From Bacteroidetes bacterium GWF2_35_48 (GTDB lineage Bacteria; Bacteroidota; Bacteroidia; Bacteroidales; GWF2-35-48): 64,000 nucleotides of DNA. The stretch covers positions 1,726 through 65,725 of the forward strand of contig MEOG01000093.1 of the NCBI GenBank assembly GCA_001769125.1, read 5' to 3'. The notes under the pieces are model-generated. The model searched no databases and was not told the DNA's origin. It was given only the letters and a program-made list of their open reading frames with translations. The position numbers were made by a program, and so were the translations under genes. Position 1 is the first letter of the stretch. Each line of letters opens with the position of its first letter. Below, in pieces: positions 10,437 to 19,952 of the stretch.

Positions 10437-10871
10437 TTATGCTTTGCCTGTTGAACCAAAACCGCCTGCACCTCTTTCTGTTTCCTGTAATTCGTCAACA
10501 AGAATCCATTCTGCAATTTCATGTCTCGCAATTACCATCTGGCAAATACGTTCACCGTCTTCTACAACAAATTCTTCATTAGAAAGATTCACAAGAATTA
10601 CGCCTATTTCGCCTCTGTAATCTGCATCAATAGTACCGGGAGTATTTAAAACGGAAATACCCTTTTTAAGAGCTAAGCCGCTGCGTGGACGAATTTGCGC
10701 TTCATAACCCACGGGTAGTTCGATGAAAAGACCTGTTGAAATAAGCGCTCTTTGCAAGGGTTTTAAGGTAACCACAGCATCAAGATTTGCACGAAGATCT
10801 ACTCCTGCAGAAAACTTTGTACTGTATTGCGGAAGCGCATGTTTTGATTTGTTTACAATTCGGATGTTCAT
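10437..10871 (-). CDS. dut: dUTP diphosphatase
   Basis: [31 protein letters not shown] and [10 protein letters not shown] dUTPase motifs. Confidence 0.97.
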   Translation of the reverse strand: MNIRIVNKSKHALPQYSTKFSAGVDLRANLDAVVTLKPLQRALISTGLFIELPVGYEAQIRPRSGLALKKGISVLNTPGTIDADYRGEIGVILVNLSNEEFVVEDGERICQMVIARHEIAEWILVDELQETERGAGGFGSTGKA

Positions 10872-11123
10872 TTTTATAAATTTAAAACCCGCTAATTTAA
10901 TTAATCTTGTCCAAATTGCAATATGAAAGTTTTCAGTTTAATCAATTTGCGATGATGGTAACAATTTCAAAGCATGCTTTACAAAGCCAAATTCAGAACT
11001 CTTGAGTTATCACATCTGCTGCGGCAGATAAAATACAGAATTTTGTCAATTATGCTGAACCCGGTACTTGTGCAGAGCAGTTCGATAAAATTATTTCAGC
11101 AGACTCGCTTCGACTAGCTTGTT

Positions 11124-12056
11124 TTATTTTATTATTTGTATTGTGTCTAAAAATACGGCGTAACCTCCCCATATACCTAGTGCTCCACCTTCTATATTTG
11201 TTACAACCGAAGTAGGAGAAGCAAACGGATTTCCATCAGAAGACATTTGTTGCTCGACCGATTTCCAAAAATTAAAATGTGTTTTGTTAATACTGCAGAA
11301 TTTAATAACTGCTGTTTCTCCGGTAACGAAAGCCCAACGCGGAGGTTTTGAGGGATCAGGTGGCGCATTCGGGTCTGTCATAATATTCGGGTTTCTGCCA
11401 CGATAAACCAGATATTCCACATTTCGTCCGTTAATAAGCATATCATTAGCTACAGAACTGAAAGGGTGCACAAATACAGAATCTTTTCCTAATGTTTTTG
11501 AAAAAATCCTGTAGTTATTTCCAATGCTATCTGGGTCGCGAAAATATATCCATAAATAGCCAAGAGTATCGTTCTCTTGAGGATTTCTTGGCTTGAATTT
11601 TACACTGTCCAAAGGAACGAGGTTGGGAATTGTAGTATAAGATGTATATTCTTTCGCATCAACAATTACTTTCAGATAATAGGTTTTCCCAACTTCACCC
11701 TTTATCTGTGAGCCTTTATAGATAAATGGAGGAACCAGATTTGTATCTACCTGCAATGTTAATTTGTCGGTATCGTGTCCGTCTGTTACTATTACGTAGG
11801 CATTTAAAACGAGAAGGCTTATTACTGTTTGCGCATCTACAGGCTCAAAGTATGGAGTGTTTCGGGTTATTATTACCCATGGATATCCTCCATTTTCTAT
11901 AGCTCCTTCAATTACGATGGCTTTCTCGGGTCTTGGTAAATCAACAGTAATGTCTTTTTCGCATGAAGCAATAAAAAAGAAGATGAAAAAAATAAAAAGA
12001 AATAAGTTAAAATTCTTCAGTTTTTTTATATTTATGTTTTGAAATCTTTTCATCAA
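11124..12056 (-). CDS. DUF4249-family lipoprotein
   Basis: Lipobox IASC followed by EKDITVDL...IVIEGAI; SNI/TNIEGGALGIWGG C-terminus; follows a TonB-dependent receptor. Confidence 0.8.
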   Translation of the reverse strand: MMKRFQNINIKKLKNFNLFLFIFFIFFFIASCEKDITVDLPRPEKAIVIEGAIENGGYPWVIITRNTPYFEPVDAQTVISLLVLNAYVIVTDGHDTDKLTLQVDTNLVPPFIYKGSQIKGEVGKTYYLKVIVDAKEYTSYTTIPNLVPLDSVKFKPRNPQENDTLGYLWIYFRDPDSIGNNYRIFSKTLGKDSVFVHPFSSVANDMLINGRNVEYLVYRGRNPNIMTDPNAPPDPSKPPRWAFVTGETAVIKFCSINKTHFNFWKSVEQQMSSDGNPFASPTSVVTNIEGGALGIWGGYAVFLDTIQIIK

Positions 12057-12058
12057 GT

Positions 12059-14455
12059 TTAAAATTTAAAGTTCCATGTTACAGATGGCAGTATTGGGAA
12101 TAAAGAAACCTGTTTTGCTTTAGGGTTTGAATTTCCAAACTGCAAATCGCCTTCGTCTTCAAAATATATAAAATAGGGATTTAATCTTGAATACACATTA
12201 TAAATTGAGAAATTCCAGGATGATTCAAATTTCTCTGTTTTTTTCTGGAGATAATTTGCAGAAATATCGAGGCGGTGATAAGGAGCCATGCGGTAGGAGT
12301 TTCTTTCTGCATATTGACTGATAGGTCTTCCGTCTATTAAATATCTTCCGATTGGTAATGTAAGCGCATTTCCGGTGGCATATACAAATACTGCTGAAAA
12401 CGACCATTTTTTATTTAACTCGTGCGTCGCTATTATTGATAGATCGTGCCTTCTGTCGTATTTTGCAGGATATTCAAGACCATTATTAATTTCAGGGAAC
12501 AAGCGGGTTGTTTTTGAAAGGGTATAACCAATCCAGCCCGTTGTAGCTCCTACTCTCTTTTTAACGAATAGTTCAAGCCCATAAGAAGCGCCTTTCCCAA
12601 ATGTGAAAGAATAGTCCACATTATCATTCAAGCCATCTTCAGGAGTTGATCCTTCTTTATAGTCAATTTGATTTTTCATTGTTTTATAATATGCTTCGAC
12701 AGATGTTTCCCATTTGTTGTCATAGAAATTTCTGAAATATCCGATTGCATATTGTGTTGCAAACTGAGGTTTGATGAGGGAAGTGCTGGGAATCCATAAA
12801 TCAGTAGGTAGAGAAACCGAAGAAAGCGAAGCGAGATGTACATATTGATAATTCTGCGTAAAAGATAGCTTTACAGAAGATTTCATATTTATTGCATATC
12901 GGAGAGATAGCCTGGGTTCAATGTTTTTATACGATTGAATATTTTTCCCTCTTTTGTAGAAAATAGTATCAACTGTATTCCCAAAATCATCTTTAATAAA
13001 GCGGTTAAAGGGACCAATATGCTGAAAAATTGTACCGCGCAAACCTCCCACTATTTTTATTTTATCGGACAAGTCAAAATCGTCAGAAATATAAACAGCG
13101 CCTTCATTTGCATAGAGTTTTACGATATCGCCTGTATTTAATTCTGTTTCTCCAATCCTTGCAGAAACCCCACTGGGTATAAACGTGTGAAAAGTATAAT
13201 TTACTCCAAATAAGACATTATGCCTGATTGTTGGCATCCACGAAAAATCAATATGTGTATTATAATCTCTTATACCGGAAAATAATTTGAAAGCAAAAGA
13301 AGATTGTTCAGCCTCGAATTCAAACTGATAATCACTAAAAATAGCCGTTGCATTCATAAACATTTTATCGCTAAACAAATGGTTCCAGCGAACTGATGTT
13401 GTTGCATTTCCCCATGGAATATAAACTTTAAAAGTATTTTTCGGGCTTCTAAAAGAAAACATATCTCTTCCGTAATAAGCACTCACGTATAGCCTGTTTT
13501 TATCAGAAAAGCGGTAATTGAATTTTGCATTCAAATCATAAAAATAATATCCTGTTCCCTTCATTTTACGAGTACGTTCAAATTCTCCCATAAACGGCTG
13601 AATGAGAATATCAATATATGTTCTGCGGGCAGATAAAATAAAAGCAGCTGTATCTTTTTTAAGAGGTCCCTGCACAGCAATTCTGGAAGAAATAAGACCA
13701 ATTCCGCCTTCCGTATGAAAGCTTTGATTGTTGCCGTCTTTCATTGTAATATCTACAACACTAGATAGTCTTCCTCCGAAATTAGCTGGCATTCCTCCTT
13801 TAATAAGGTTTACATCTTTAATAATGTCTGCATTAAAAACAGAGAAAAAACCAAAAAGGTGCGCTGCATTGTAAACCGTTGCTTCATCAAGAAGAATGAG
13901 ATTTTGGTCGGGTCCCCCACCTCTGACATAAAAACCTGAATTCCCTTCACCGGCAGATTGTACTCCGGGCAACAACTGAATGGTTTTTAACACATCAACT
14001 TCTCCCAAAAAAGCAGGAAGGGATTTTATTTTTTCAATCTGCAGCTTCACCGTTCCCATTTCTGCTCCTTGTATGTTTTTATCAGAACGTTCGCCACTGA
14101 CAACAACTTCCTGAGTTAGTAATGTTTGCTCTTCCATCGCTATATTCAGGGAAATATTTTTGCTCAGGTTTATTGTCTGTACTTGTTCTTTGTACCCGAT
14201 AAAGGAAGAAATAAGTGTGTAGTTTCCTTTGTCAAGTGAAATGGAAAAAAAACCGTATTTGTTTGTTGTGGCTCCTTTAGATAATTCTTTAACGAGTACA
14301 TTGGCACCAATGAGAATTTCTCCTGTACTTTTTTCTTTTATGTATCCGCTGATGGTGTATTTCTGAGCAGAAGTTTTTATGAAAAGAAAAGTAAAAATTA
14401 GAAAGAAAACTAATATATAATTGTATTTATTCAATGTATCAAAAATAAGGAACAA
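12059..14455 (-). CDS. TonB-dependent receptor with N-terminal carboxypeptidase-regulatory-like domain
   Basis: TISGYIKE..TGEILIGANV; DVLKTIQLLPGV; VRGGGPDQNLILLD; GGRLSSV; C-terminal WNFKF. Confidence 0.92.
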   Translation of the reverse strand: MFLIFDTLNKYNYILVFFLIFTFLFIKTSAQKYTISGYIKEKSTGEILIGANVLVKELSKGATTNKYGFFSISLDKGNYTLISSFIGYKEQVQTINLSKNISLNIAMEEQTLLTQEVVVSGERSDKNIQGAEMGTVKLQIEKIKSLPAFLGEVDVLKTIQLLPGVQSAGEGNSGFYVRGGGPDQNLILLDEATVYNAAHLFGFFSVFNADIIKDVNLIKGGMPANFGGRLSSVVDITMKDGNNQSFHTEGGIGLISSRIAVQGPLKKDTAAFILSARRTYIDILIQPFMGEFERTRKMKGTGYYFYDLNAKFNYRFSDKNRLYVSAYYGRDMFSFRSPKNTFKVYIPWGNATTSVRWNHLFSDKMFMNATAIFSDYQFEFEAEQSSFAFKLFSGIRDYNTHIDFSWMPTIRHNVLFGVNYTFHTFIPSGVSARIGETELNTGDIVKLYANEGAVYISDDFDLSDKIKIVGGLRGTIFQHIGPFNRFIKDDFGNTVDTIFYKRGKNIQSYKNIEPRLSLRYAINMKSSVKLSFTQNYQYVHLASLSSVSLPTDLWIPSTSLIKPQFATQYAIGYFRNFYDNKWETSVEAYYKTMKNQIDYKEGSTPEDGLNDNVDYSFTFGKGASYGLELFVKKRVGATTGWIGYTLSKTTRLFPEINNGLEYPAKYDRRHDLSIIATHELNKKWSFSAVFVYATGNALTLPIGRYLIDGRPISQYAERNSYRMAPYHRLDISANYLQKKTEKFESSWNFSIYNVYSRLNPYFIYFEDEGDLQFGNSNPKAKQVSLFPILPSVTWNFKF

Positions 14456-14506
14456 ATATAAGAGGATTTGGGAAAATGGGAGAATAAAGTTTAAGGTATT
14501 GTAGAA

Positions 14507-14545
14507 TTGATGTGTTGATGTGCTGATGTGTTGATGTGTTGATGC
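14507..14545 (+). repeat. Octamer tandem array (TTGATGTG) x about 4.9
   Basis: ttgatgtg ttgatgtg ctgatgtg ttgatgtg ttgatgc. Confidence 0.85.
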
Positions 14546-14640
14546 AAAAATTTGAAAATGAAATAAAATGAAGATTCTGCCTATAGTTGTGTCAGTGGTA
14601 ATATGGTAAAAAGAGGGCTGATGCTCGTTTAAATGGTCTC

Positions 14641-14677
14641 GGATTGCACTTCGGCAAGCTCAGTATGGCACAAATCC
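14641..14677. repeat. REP-like unit CACTTCGGCAAGCTCAGT between the arms GGATTG and CAAATCC
   Basis: The inner unit resembles CACTTCGACAAACTCAGTG at 30785; the outer arms look like a split GGATTGCAAATCC quasi-palindrome. Confidence 0.55.
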
Positions 14678-14733
14678 AAGATAGCAGATGCGGGTAAGAC
14701 GTACTATACCGAGTGCCGAAACAGATATTTGAT

Positions 14734-15114
14734 TTAGTCTGCGATTTCTAATTCAACCATGTTGAAAGGAACTTTCAGAAAGGACTGATAATCTTGCCCA
14801 GATTCGAGGATGTCTTCATCTTCGTAATACCAGTTAAAATTTACTTGATAGCCATCTTTAAAAAGGGCGTCAATTTCTTTAAATAAATCGGTAAGACATT
14901 TTGAGGTTGCAGTATTAAAATATTCAAGATAGATTTTTATTTCTGTGCTTGCTTTTGGAGAGGAACGATAAAGAGAAATCCATTCTACAAGGGGTTTGTA
15001 AAATTCAATAGTATTTTCAATGGCAGAACGACCTTTTATTTCAATCAGGCCGACCTCTGCATCAAATTTCACAAAAGGACTTTTATTTGTTCCGACTATT
15101 TCAATCGTTTCCAT
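14734..15114 (-). CDS. SiaC-family (DUF1987) regulatory phosphoprotein
   Basis: SPFVKFD..G.IEIKGRS..EN..EFYKP; YFNTATSK with the conserved Thr; WYYEDEDILESG. Confidence 0.88.
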   Translation of the reverse strand: METIEIVGTNKSPFVKFDAEVGLIEIKGRSAIENTIEFYKPLVEWISLYRSSPKASTEIKIYLEYFNTATSKCLTDLFKEIDALFKDGYQVNFNWYYEDEDILESGQDYQSFLKVPFNMVELEIAD

Positions 15115-15136
15115 TCAAAAAAATAATATTCATCTA

Positions 15137-15144
15137 CAAAATTA
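15137..15144 (-). promoter_or_regulatory. Bacteroidota -7 promoter box (TAATTTTG) for the SiaC-family gene
   Basis: Matches TAnnTTTG, 22 bp upstream of the ATG. Confidence 0.5.
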
Positions 15145-15346
15145 GTACGTTCGCAATACTTCTTTATACGCTAATATAAAAAAAGGTTACAAAATAAGGG
15201 GGAAATTTTTGCAAGGGAATTAGAATGCGGCGAATCATGCCGATAATTGGTTAAATTTTACAGATTTAGGAATCCAAAACTTAACCGTAGTCAAAGTTTA
15301 AAAAAATTTCGAAGGATACACAAACAATTAATTTTCCACTTCCGAC

Positions 15347-16189
15347 TCAAATGTAACTTAAAATATCCTTAACAACTCTAAGTTTATGAGTATATTTTTT
15401 TTGCTCGAAGCTGAAAATGCCGTTATGATCTATTTTGTCTATTCTTACTTTTCCGGAAGAATGTATAATTTTTGAGTTTCCAAGTAAAATGCCCGTATGC
15501 ACAATCTGACCTTCATCGTTATCAAAAAAAGCAAGATCGCCAGGCTTGGCTTCATTAACAAAATTTACAGCAACCCCCATGTTTACCTGTTGATTTGCAT
15601 CACGTGGTATTTTCGCACCATTAATTTTATAAACTATCTGCGCGAAGCCTGAACAATCAATTCCGAAAGGACTTCTGCCTCCCCACAAATAGGGAGCGTT
15701 TACATACAACATCGCTGTTTTTTTAATATTGTCACGAATTGCTTCTTTTTGTAAAAAATGAAATTTGGTTTTAAGCTTATACCGCGTTCCAACTAATTTA
15801 AATGTTCTTTTTCCGTTAAAAAGAGGAAGGGAACTGCCGGCAACTATTGTCATCATAGGATTTTCCAAAACATCATAAATCTGATGAGTAACTGTATTTA
15901 CAGAAAAATCGCCATGTTCGGTTATTTTCCTGAATAATTTTTCCGGAATGGGAAGAATCATTTTTTTATCCACCCATCCTTCATACCCATCGAAAACCAA
16001 ACGCACACGCGCCCATTTATCATTGGATTTTAATATTTCAAAATGTTCCCCGAAAAGTATTTGGGTTAGCATTTCGCTTTTTTCAGATGGCTCTGACCGA
16101 ACAGGGATGATGCTGATATTTGCCACCCCGAATTCCCAGAACTGTAGTTTTAGTTGCTTTCTGACAATTTTCACGGTATAAAAATTCAC
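15347..16189 (-). CDS. NlpC/P60 (C40) peptidase with N-terminal SH3-like domain; start uncertain (GTG)
   Basis: PVRSEPSEKSEMLTQILFGE, GYEGWV, PYLWGGRSPFGIDCSGF, PGDLAFF, HTGI, IIHS. Confidence 0.92.
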   Translation of the reverse strand: MNFYTVKIVRKQLKLQFWEFGVANISIIPVRSEPSEKSEMLTQILFGEHFEILKSNDKWARVRLVFDGYEGWVDKKMILPIPEKLFRKITEHGDFSVNTVTHQIYDVLENPMMTIVAGSSLPLFNGKRTFKLVGTRYKLKTKFHFLQKEAIRDNIKKTAMLYVNAPYLWGGRSPFGIDCSGFAQIVYKINGAKIPRDANQQVNMGVAVNFVNEAKPGDLAFFDNDEGQIVHTGILLGNSKIIHSSGKVRIDKIDHNGIFSFEQKKYTHKLRVVKDILSYI

Positions 16190-16285
16190 TGTTTACAAAT
16201 GCCAAATTACAAATTATTTTGGAATATGAAAATTTCACCTGATTTTCTCAATATTTTTCTTTCTTTGCTCCCGATATAATTGTGT

Positions 16286-16420
16286 AAACCGCAAGCACCT
16301 ATAGTTCAATGTCATATCTATTGAAGCATAATCTTCCAGTCTGACGCTTGAGATGTATATTTCTCTTTCCCAGAATTATGTTCAATAAGTCGCAATCTTA
16401 ACCCACATTGCAGCTTTAGG
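16286..16420 (-). ncRNA. Candidate 6S-like structured RNA
   Basis: Manual fold of the minus strand: outer stem AAAG-CTGCAA/TTGCGG-TTT, large central bubble containing CATTGAAC, inner stem TTATTGAA-CATAAT/ATTATG-C-TTCAATAG. Confidence 0.5.
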
Positions 16421-16533
16421 GGTGTAAATATCTGATTTTATGGACTGTCATTTTAAAAAATTTCGGCAGGGGTGACTACGGATTTTTTTCTTACGAAAAG
16501 AGCATATTTGTAATGCAACAAGTCGTAAATTTC

Positions 16534-16603
16534 CACTCGTTCGCGCTTGTCTTCGAACAATGCATTGCGTGAAGGGGTTGCCACAGCGACGAGTGCGCTT
16601 GTC
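16534..16603. repeat. Degenerate REP-like element
   Basis: GCGCTTGTC direct repeat (16543, 16595) and CACTCGT/ACGAGTG inverted repeat (16534, 16589). Confidence 0.45.
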
Positions 16604-16619
16604 AGATTGCTGTGTTTTT

Positions 16620-18353
16620 TCAATAGTCCACGCCATTACCAATACTTGTTCTCAGACCTATATAAAAAAACATATTTTCATGTTTTAAAAATGAGGTATT
16701 TTGTATTCTCGAAGCAAATCCTGCTTCTGTGCGCAAATTATTTTTCGGATTAATAAGGTATGATATTTTGATTTCTGCATTTTGGATATATGTGAGAACG
16801 CCCTGCCCGATATGATTTTTGTATTGCTGAACTATCGTGTTATTTTCTCCGGGAACTGGCGAATCAAATGTTACCTGATAAATATTTTGTCCGAAATGTG
16901 TACCCGATGAATCCAGTCCTGTTAAGATATTTACCCATTTCCCTGTAAATGCAAACCTGCCGTGAATGTAATTTATAATAATAATACCCTCTTTAAAATT
17001 GGCTCCGGCAGGGTGTGCCAATGCTTGGTTATAATGCCCGTAGTTCTGATACACATCTCTGTGCGAGTAAGTATAAGGTCTTGCGGCATTCCATTCTGCC
17101 TGTAAAGTTAAATTTTTTACCAGAAAATCATGGTATCGGAATCCCACCTGATATGCCTGCTTGTTTGTCCAATAGCCATAATTGATTGTGCTGTCTGATG
17201 GTTTCAGCAAATGTTTCAGGTCTTGTTTCAGCTCTGAAGTAACAAAATCATCAATCATATATTGTCCGTAAACAAATAGCTTTTCTGTAATTTTAAATTT
17301 CAGATTAAATCCCATTAACGAATTATTCGGCGAACCAAGTGAAAATTCTACAGGTCTGAAAAATATAACAGGATTGAAATAATTCACATCAAGCCCGGAT
17401 GTAGCAATGCTGTCTTCTGCTTTACAAATTATTGCTTCAAAAAACCCGAGAGACAATCGCTTTGAAATGATCCAGTCCAGATAATGAAACACCCCGTATT
17501 TATTATCAAATGCCGACCATGTATGATCATCTGCGAATCGTAAATCTTTAAAATTTGTCCATAAAGAAAGGTACTTGAATTTCCACAAATTTGCTTCAAT
17601 TTTAAAATACGGATAATTGTAAGAATTGTTTGAAAGCAGCATGGAACGATAGCCGTCTCCGATAAAATGTTTTCCTAAACCTGTTTCAAATAAAAAATAC
17701 TGCGAGGGTCTGTAAGCCGCATAAAATCTTGTTCCTGTGAATTCGTAAAATTTCCCTGATTTGTGTGCATAGCCTTCTCCGGGAAATATTTTTGCAACTT
17801 CTGTTATAGGTAAAGTTATGGGATTCAAACGTGAATAATGATGCGCAAGGTCAAGAGAAAAAGCAAGATTTTTTTTATTATCAGTTTTTAATGAAAAGCC
17901 GGTACTTGATTCAAGAATAAAATCTGTATTTTTTAAATCCATTCCTGAATTAATATTCAATAATGGGTCTGCAAAAATTCTGTAATTTTCTTTATTTATT
18001 TCAAACCAGTGTTCATGCAACAATCGCTGTTTTAGCTGGGGTGCGGCAATATCATTAAATGAAAATTTTTTCGTAAATAAAGAATCATCGCTTTTCGTAA
18101 TCTCTGAATAATTAAAAGGCTTTACAGAAGTATGCGTTGCAGATGAAAATTTATGAAGCGATTTTTCAAATCCTGATGAAAATTCGTAGGGAATGGTAAT
18201 TTGATAGGGCTGTGAATACAAAGAAAAGACTGGAAATAAAAATAACCATATCAAAACCAGAAAAAATCTGTTTGCATGTATGAAATTATTAAAAGTCATA
18301 ATAAACATTTGACAAAGAAGTACGAAGCCCCACGAAAACAAAATACGATTCAT
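16620..18353 (-). CDS. RemB-like / Wzi-like outer-membrane beta-barrel protein (likely start 18299)
   Basis: GKHFIGDGYRSMLLS, YPYFKI, NYFNPVIFFRPVEFSLGSP and HYNQALAHPAGANF motifs; paralog of the adjacent gene. Confidence 0.7.
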   Translation of the reverse strand: MNRILFSWGFVLLCQMFIMTFNNFIHANRFFLVLIWLFLFPVFSLYSQPYQITIPYEFSSGFEKSLHKFSSATHTSVKPFNYSEITKSDDSLFTKKFSFNDIAAPQLKQRLLHEHWFEINKENYRIFADPLLNINSGMDLKNTDFILESSTGFSLKTDNKKNLAFSLDLAHHYSRLNPITLPITEVAKIFPGEGYAHKSGKFYEFTGTRFYAAYRPSQYFLFETGLGKHFIGDGYRSMLLSNNSYNYPYFKIEANLWKFKYLSLWTNFKDLRFADDHTWSAFDNKYGVFHYLDWIISKRLSLGFFEAIICKAEDSIATSGLDVNYFNPVIFFRPVEFSLGSPNNSLMGFNLKFKITEKLFVYGQYMIDDFVTSELKQDLKHLLKPSDSTINYGYWTNKQAYQVGFRYHDFLVKNLTLQAEWNAARPYTYSHRDVYQNYGHYNQALAHPAGANFKEGIIIINYIHGRFAFTGKWVNILTGLDSSGTHFGQNIYQVTFDSPVPGENNTIVQQYKNHIGQGVLTYIQNAEIKISYLINPKNNLRTEAGFASRIQNTSFLKHENMFFYIGLRTSIGNGVDY

Positions 18354-19947
18354 TTTTGTTGCCGGGAACGTAGAGCGACCTGTTTGTAATACCTAAGCTG
18401 ACATTCATATTTGTTTTGGGATTGACCACATAAGATACTCTGAAATCCTTGTACATGAGCGTTGTTTTCACACCTTGCAATACTTTATTTCCCCATGAAG
18501 GAAATCCAAGTTGCGCCAGATCGTCGCGTTTAAAAATATTTTTCCCCCAGTGTGAATCCGCAGTATCAGCACCATAAAGGGCATAATTAAATTTTGCTTC
18601 CACGAGAAAATCTCTGAACCTGTAACGCACAATAGTAACAGACTCCATAAAATTTGCTCCGAGCGGATGCGCCAACGATTGATTATAGTGAACATAATTC
18701 TGATGTGGATCTTTGTGCGCGTACACATACGGCTGCACCTGACTGAATTCGGTCTGAAACTGAAGATGCTTTATTTTAAACAGGTCTAAACACTTCACTC
18801 CAAGCTGAAATCCGTATTTTTGCAATAGATAACCCTTGCCTTTTTTCATTCCGGCAACATCAAAATCATCAATTATAAACTGACCGTAGAAATACACCGT
18901 ATTGGATGCTTTGAATTTAAGATTTAGCCCTATCAGCGCGTTATCGGGAGAACCAAGGCTGTATTCAACAGGTCTGTAAAAAATTACCGGATTCAGATAA
19001 TTAACATCAAAGCCGCGTCTTTTTCCTGAAATGGAGTCTTCAAAACTCTGCCATATAATAGACTCAAAAAGTCCCACCTGAAAACACTTATGCAGGGATA
19101 TGTTTAAGAAATGAAACGTACCGAATTTTTTCCCCCATCCATAGCCAAATCCTGAGCTTGAAGAAAGATCCAGAAAAGATGCAAACAAATTCGTGTATTG
19201 AAATTTCCAGATATTGGTAGTTATTTTCAGATAGGGATAATTAAAGGCATTATCTGATAAAAGTAAAGAACGATAGCCATCTCCGATAAAATTTTTTCCA
19301 TGCCCGAACTGAAAATTAAATGTTGAATTTGGAGAATAAGAAATTAAACCCGATGCATAGGCATAATCTTTTCCGTATTCTTTAAACCCTTTGGGAAAGC
19401 CCTGTCCGGGGACTACTCTGTATAAAGAAATAAAATTACTAATGTAATTATTAAATACAGATTGATTTTCGTAGAAGCTTGTTTCAAATGCAAACTCAGA
19501 ACCTATTTTCCCGCGCGCTGTAACACCTCTTGTATTGTTGTACAAATTTCTGTTATTGCTTTTTTCTTTCGAGAATTCAAAGTTGAAGACCGGGTCTATT
19601 GTTAAGAAAAGCTTTCCTGTATCAATGATAAATAAATTCTCATACCGCAATTTCCGAATAAATAAATTGTAGGATTTCGGGTCGCCTGTTCGATTAAAAT
19701 TTAAAAGAGAATCTGTATTAAATTTCGTGTTTAGGAAATACAGGTTCAAGGGTTTAACAGAAGTATGCAATTCGTTGTTAAGCGCATTGGCATCTTTGTC
19801 AACAATGGAGTAAATTTCATTATTTAAAAATAAATTTCCCTGAGCGAAAATTACATGAGAAGAAAGAAGAAAGATTAAAGATAATAAGATTAAAGGGGAA
19901 AAAAACTTTTCCTGATTTTGTTTATGAGCATTTTTCCTTTCTGTCAT
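18289..19947 (-). CDS. RemB-like / Wzi-like outer-membrane beta-barrel protein
   Basis: GKNFIGDGYRSLLLSD, NYLNPVIFYRPVEYSLGSPDN and HYNQSLAHPLGANF motifs; C-terminal YYDF. Confidence 0.75.
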   Translation of the reverse strand: MTERKNAHKQNQEKFFSPLILLSLIFLLSSHVIFAQGNLFLNNEIYSIVDKDANALNNELHTSVKPLNLYFLNTKFNTDSLLNFNRTGDPKSYNLFIRKLRYENLFIIDTGKLFLTIDPVFNFEFSKEKSNNRNLYNNTRGVTARGKIGSEFAFETSFYENQSVFNNYISNFISLYRVVPGQGFPKGFKEYGKDYAYASGLISYSPNSTFNFQFGHGKNFIGDGYRSLLLSDNAFNYPYLKITTNIWKFQYTNLFASFLDLSSSSGFGYGWGKKFGTFHFLNISLHKCFQVGLFESIIWQSFEDSISGKRRGFDVNYLNPVIFYRPVEYSLGSPDNALIGLNLKFKASNTVYFYGQFIIDDFDVAGMKKGKGYLLQKYGFQLGVKCLDLFKIKHLQFQTEFSQVQPYVYAHKDPHQNYVHYNQSLAHPLGANFMESVTIVRYRFRDFLVEAKFNYALYGADTADSHWGKNIFKRDDLAQLGFPSWGNKVLQGVKTTLMYKDFRVSYVVNPKTNMNVSLGITNRSLYVPGNKNESYFVFVGLRTSLSNVYYDF

Positions 19948-19952
19948 TTTAT

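Noticed and set aside
10930-11123. Riboswitch or sRNA upstream of dut
   Set aside because: Only small hairpins (ATCTGC-TGCG-GCAGAT) and a decayed REP-like GCTTCGACTAGC; no known aptamer motif recognised.
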